Part shown: positions 63,667-64,000 of the stretch, piece after piece
Layout of the letters: every line of letters begins with the position of its first letter
Position numbering within the stretch: the first letter of the stretch is position 1
Origin: Octopus bimaculoides
Taxonomy: Eukaryota
Length of the DNA: 64,000 bases
Direction of reading: 5' to 3'
NCBI RefSeq assembly: GCF_001194135.2
Contig: NC_069005.1
Location: forward strand, 8,822,017-8,886,016
Made by a program: the position numbers and the translations under genes
The notes under the pieces: model-generated
What the model was told of the DNA's origin: nothing
The model's database searches: none
Seen by the model: the letters and a program-made list of their open reading frames with translations, nothing else

Positions 63667-64000
63667 NNNNNNNNNNNNNNNNNNNNNNNNNNNNNNNNNN
63701 NNNNNNNNNNNNNNNNNNNNNNNNNNNNNNNNNNNNNNNNNNNNNNNNNNNNNNNNNNNNNNNNNNNNNNNNNNNNNNNNNNNNNNNNNNNNNNNNNNNN
63801 NNNNNNNNNNNNNNNNNNNNNNNNNNNNNNNNNNNNNNNNNNNNNNNNNNNNNNNNNNNNNNNNNNNNNNNNNNNNNTATATATATATATATATATATGT
63901 GTCTGTATATTTATGCATACACACATACATATATATATGTCTGTATGTATATGCATGTATACATCTATGCTTGTGTATAAAGGTGTGTGCATTTGTGTGT

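Overview
AT-rich, repeat-saturated, non-coding animal DNA from a gapped draft assembly (16 N-gaps, most flanked by (TA)n). The SINE repertoire and microsatellite load strongly suggest Octopus, probably an O. bimaculoides-type scaffold; this is inferred from recall, not from a search. I found no supportable host protein-coding exon, rRNA, true tRNA or CRISPR array, and almost all ORF-track entries are microsatellite or N-gap artefacts. The window holds at least four SINE families and degraded Tc1/mariner transposase fragments of several clades. It also contains Penelope-like (PLE) and RTE LINE fragments, many palindromic MITE/foldback elements, and a tandem array of Tc2/pogo-like MITEs. The best candidate system is a set of hammerhead-ribozyme motifs. 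One (731-824, minus) has an intact catalytic core and a palindromic, dimer-type stem III. A decayed second copy of the same family (37341-37435) shows compensatory changes in stem II, and a third, different family sits at 36022-36093. Several repeat-free islands carry homeodomain-site clusters, G4 or Z-DNA motifs and may be regulatory. Coordinates were counted by hand and element boundaries are approximate.
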